NCBI GenBank assembly: GCA_049510745.1
Contig: JBEKYR010000070.1
Location: 1-15,817, forward strand
DNA length: 15,817 bases
Origin: Verrucomicrobiota bacterium
GTDB taxonomy: Bacteria > Verrucomicrobiota > Verrucomicrobiia > Limisphaerales > Palsa-1400
Reading direction: 5' to 3'
The position numbers and the translations under genes were made by a program. The notes under the pieces were generated by a model. It did no database searches, was not told the origin of the DNA, and saw only the letters and a list, made by a program, of their open reading frames with translations. Of this stretch, positions 15,418-15,817 are shown in pieces (position 1 is the first letter of the stretch; each line of letters opens with the position of its first letter).

Positions 15418-15445
15418 ACTATCACACTCTTATGTATTATGGCAA
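15418..15445 (-). promoter_or_regulatory. Candidate sigma70-type promoter for the terminase operon
   Basis: In an AT-rich patch (15390-15465). The minus strand reads TTGCCA (15445-15440), 16 bp, then GATAGT (15423-15418) preceded by TG. Partial consensus match only. Confidence 0.35.
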
Positions 15446-15653
15446 GGAGATTTTTCGGAAAAATCGCGGGGGTTAGAATCCTGCGCCTCTCCTCCGTTTG
15501 CCCAATCCGGAGCGAGAATGATGGATTGACGGTTCGGGAGGCCGCTTTGAAACTGACGGCCAAAGTCAACGGGGCAGAGAATGTTCCAAATCCTCGCCTA
15601 CGCGGCCTTACCGCCGAGCGATGACCTATACAATTTGGATAGGAGGGCGAAGA

Positions 15654-15704
15654 AGCGGTCGGCGGGGGCGCCGACCGCTGCACGCGAGGGCGCGCGCGCT
15701 CCCC
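15654..15704. repeat. REP-like double-hairpin element
   Basis: AGCGGTCGGCG-GGGG-CGCCGACCGCT is a perfect 11-bp stem. It is followed by GCACGCG-AGGG-CGCGCGC (one mismatch) and GCTCCCC, so the minus strand begins with a GGAG tetranucleotide before the palindrome, as in REP elements. Confidence 0.6.
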
Positions 15705-15817
15705 GGGATGTACTGCAACGGTTCTTAGGCAACACCTGAGGAATTCCGCGCAAGGAAAATTTGGATAAATTTTGCATGGGTCAGGTGGTCGGAAGGGCGT
15801 TGGGACTTTTGCGATGG

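Noticed and set aside
15405..15450. dif-like site (also considered at 12960-12980), given the nearby xerC
   Set aside because: Only a TTATG partial arm is present. There is no matching ...ATAA left arm at 6-bp spacing.
15297..15817. Short ORFs upstream of terL
   Set aside because: No recognisable motifs, and they run through the AT-rich promoter-like patch and the REP-like hairpins.

Overview
GC-rich bacterial chromosome segment. It is probably Verrucomicrobiota (Pedosphaera/Limisphaerales-like); this is inferred from the prepilin/H-X9-DG-type protein, the NHL protein with a '...FFRV' C-terminal domain and the repeat styles. Bases 1-12.9 kb hold housekeeping and accessory genes: mscS, an MntA-HepT toxin-antitoxin pair, a prepilin-type protein, a membrane metal-dependent hydrolase, kdsD/kpsF, a secreted serpin, a protein made only of two tandem ClpC N-domains, a secreted NHL-repeat protein, an Fsr-like MFS transporter, xerC, a ComEC/Rec2-like MBL hydrolase and a CBM9-like protein. 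The most striking part is 12.95-15.8 kb. It holds a two-gene operon, a Mu-like terminase large subunit followed by a DUF3486/Mu gp27-like putative small subunit, with no portal, capsid or other phage gene nearby in the window. The operon ends directly in a tandem array of ten 10-bp units. The terminase shows an apparent reciprocal swap of the Walker A Ser/Thr and the Walker B Asp (GKD ... LLTE). All family calls come from motif recognition by eye; no database search was run.
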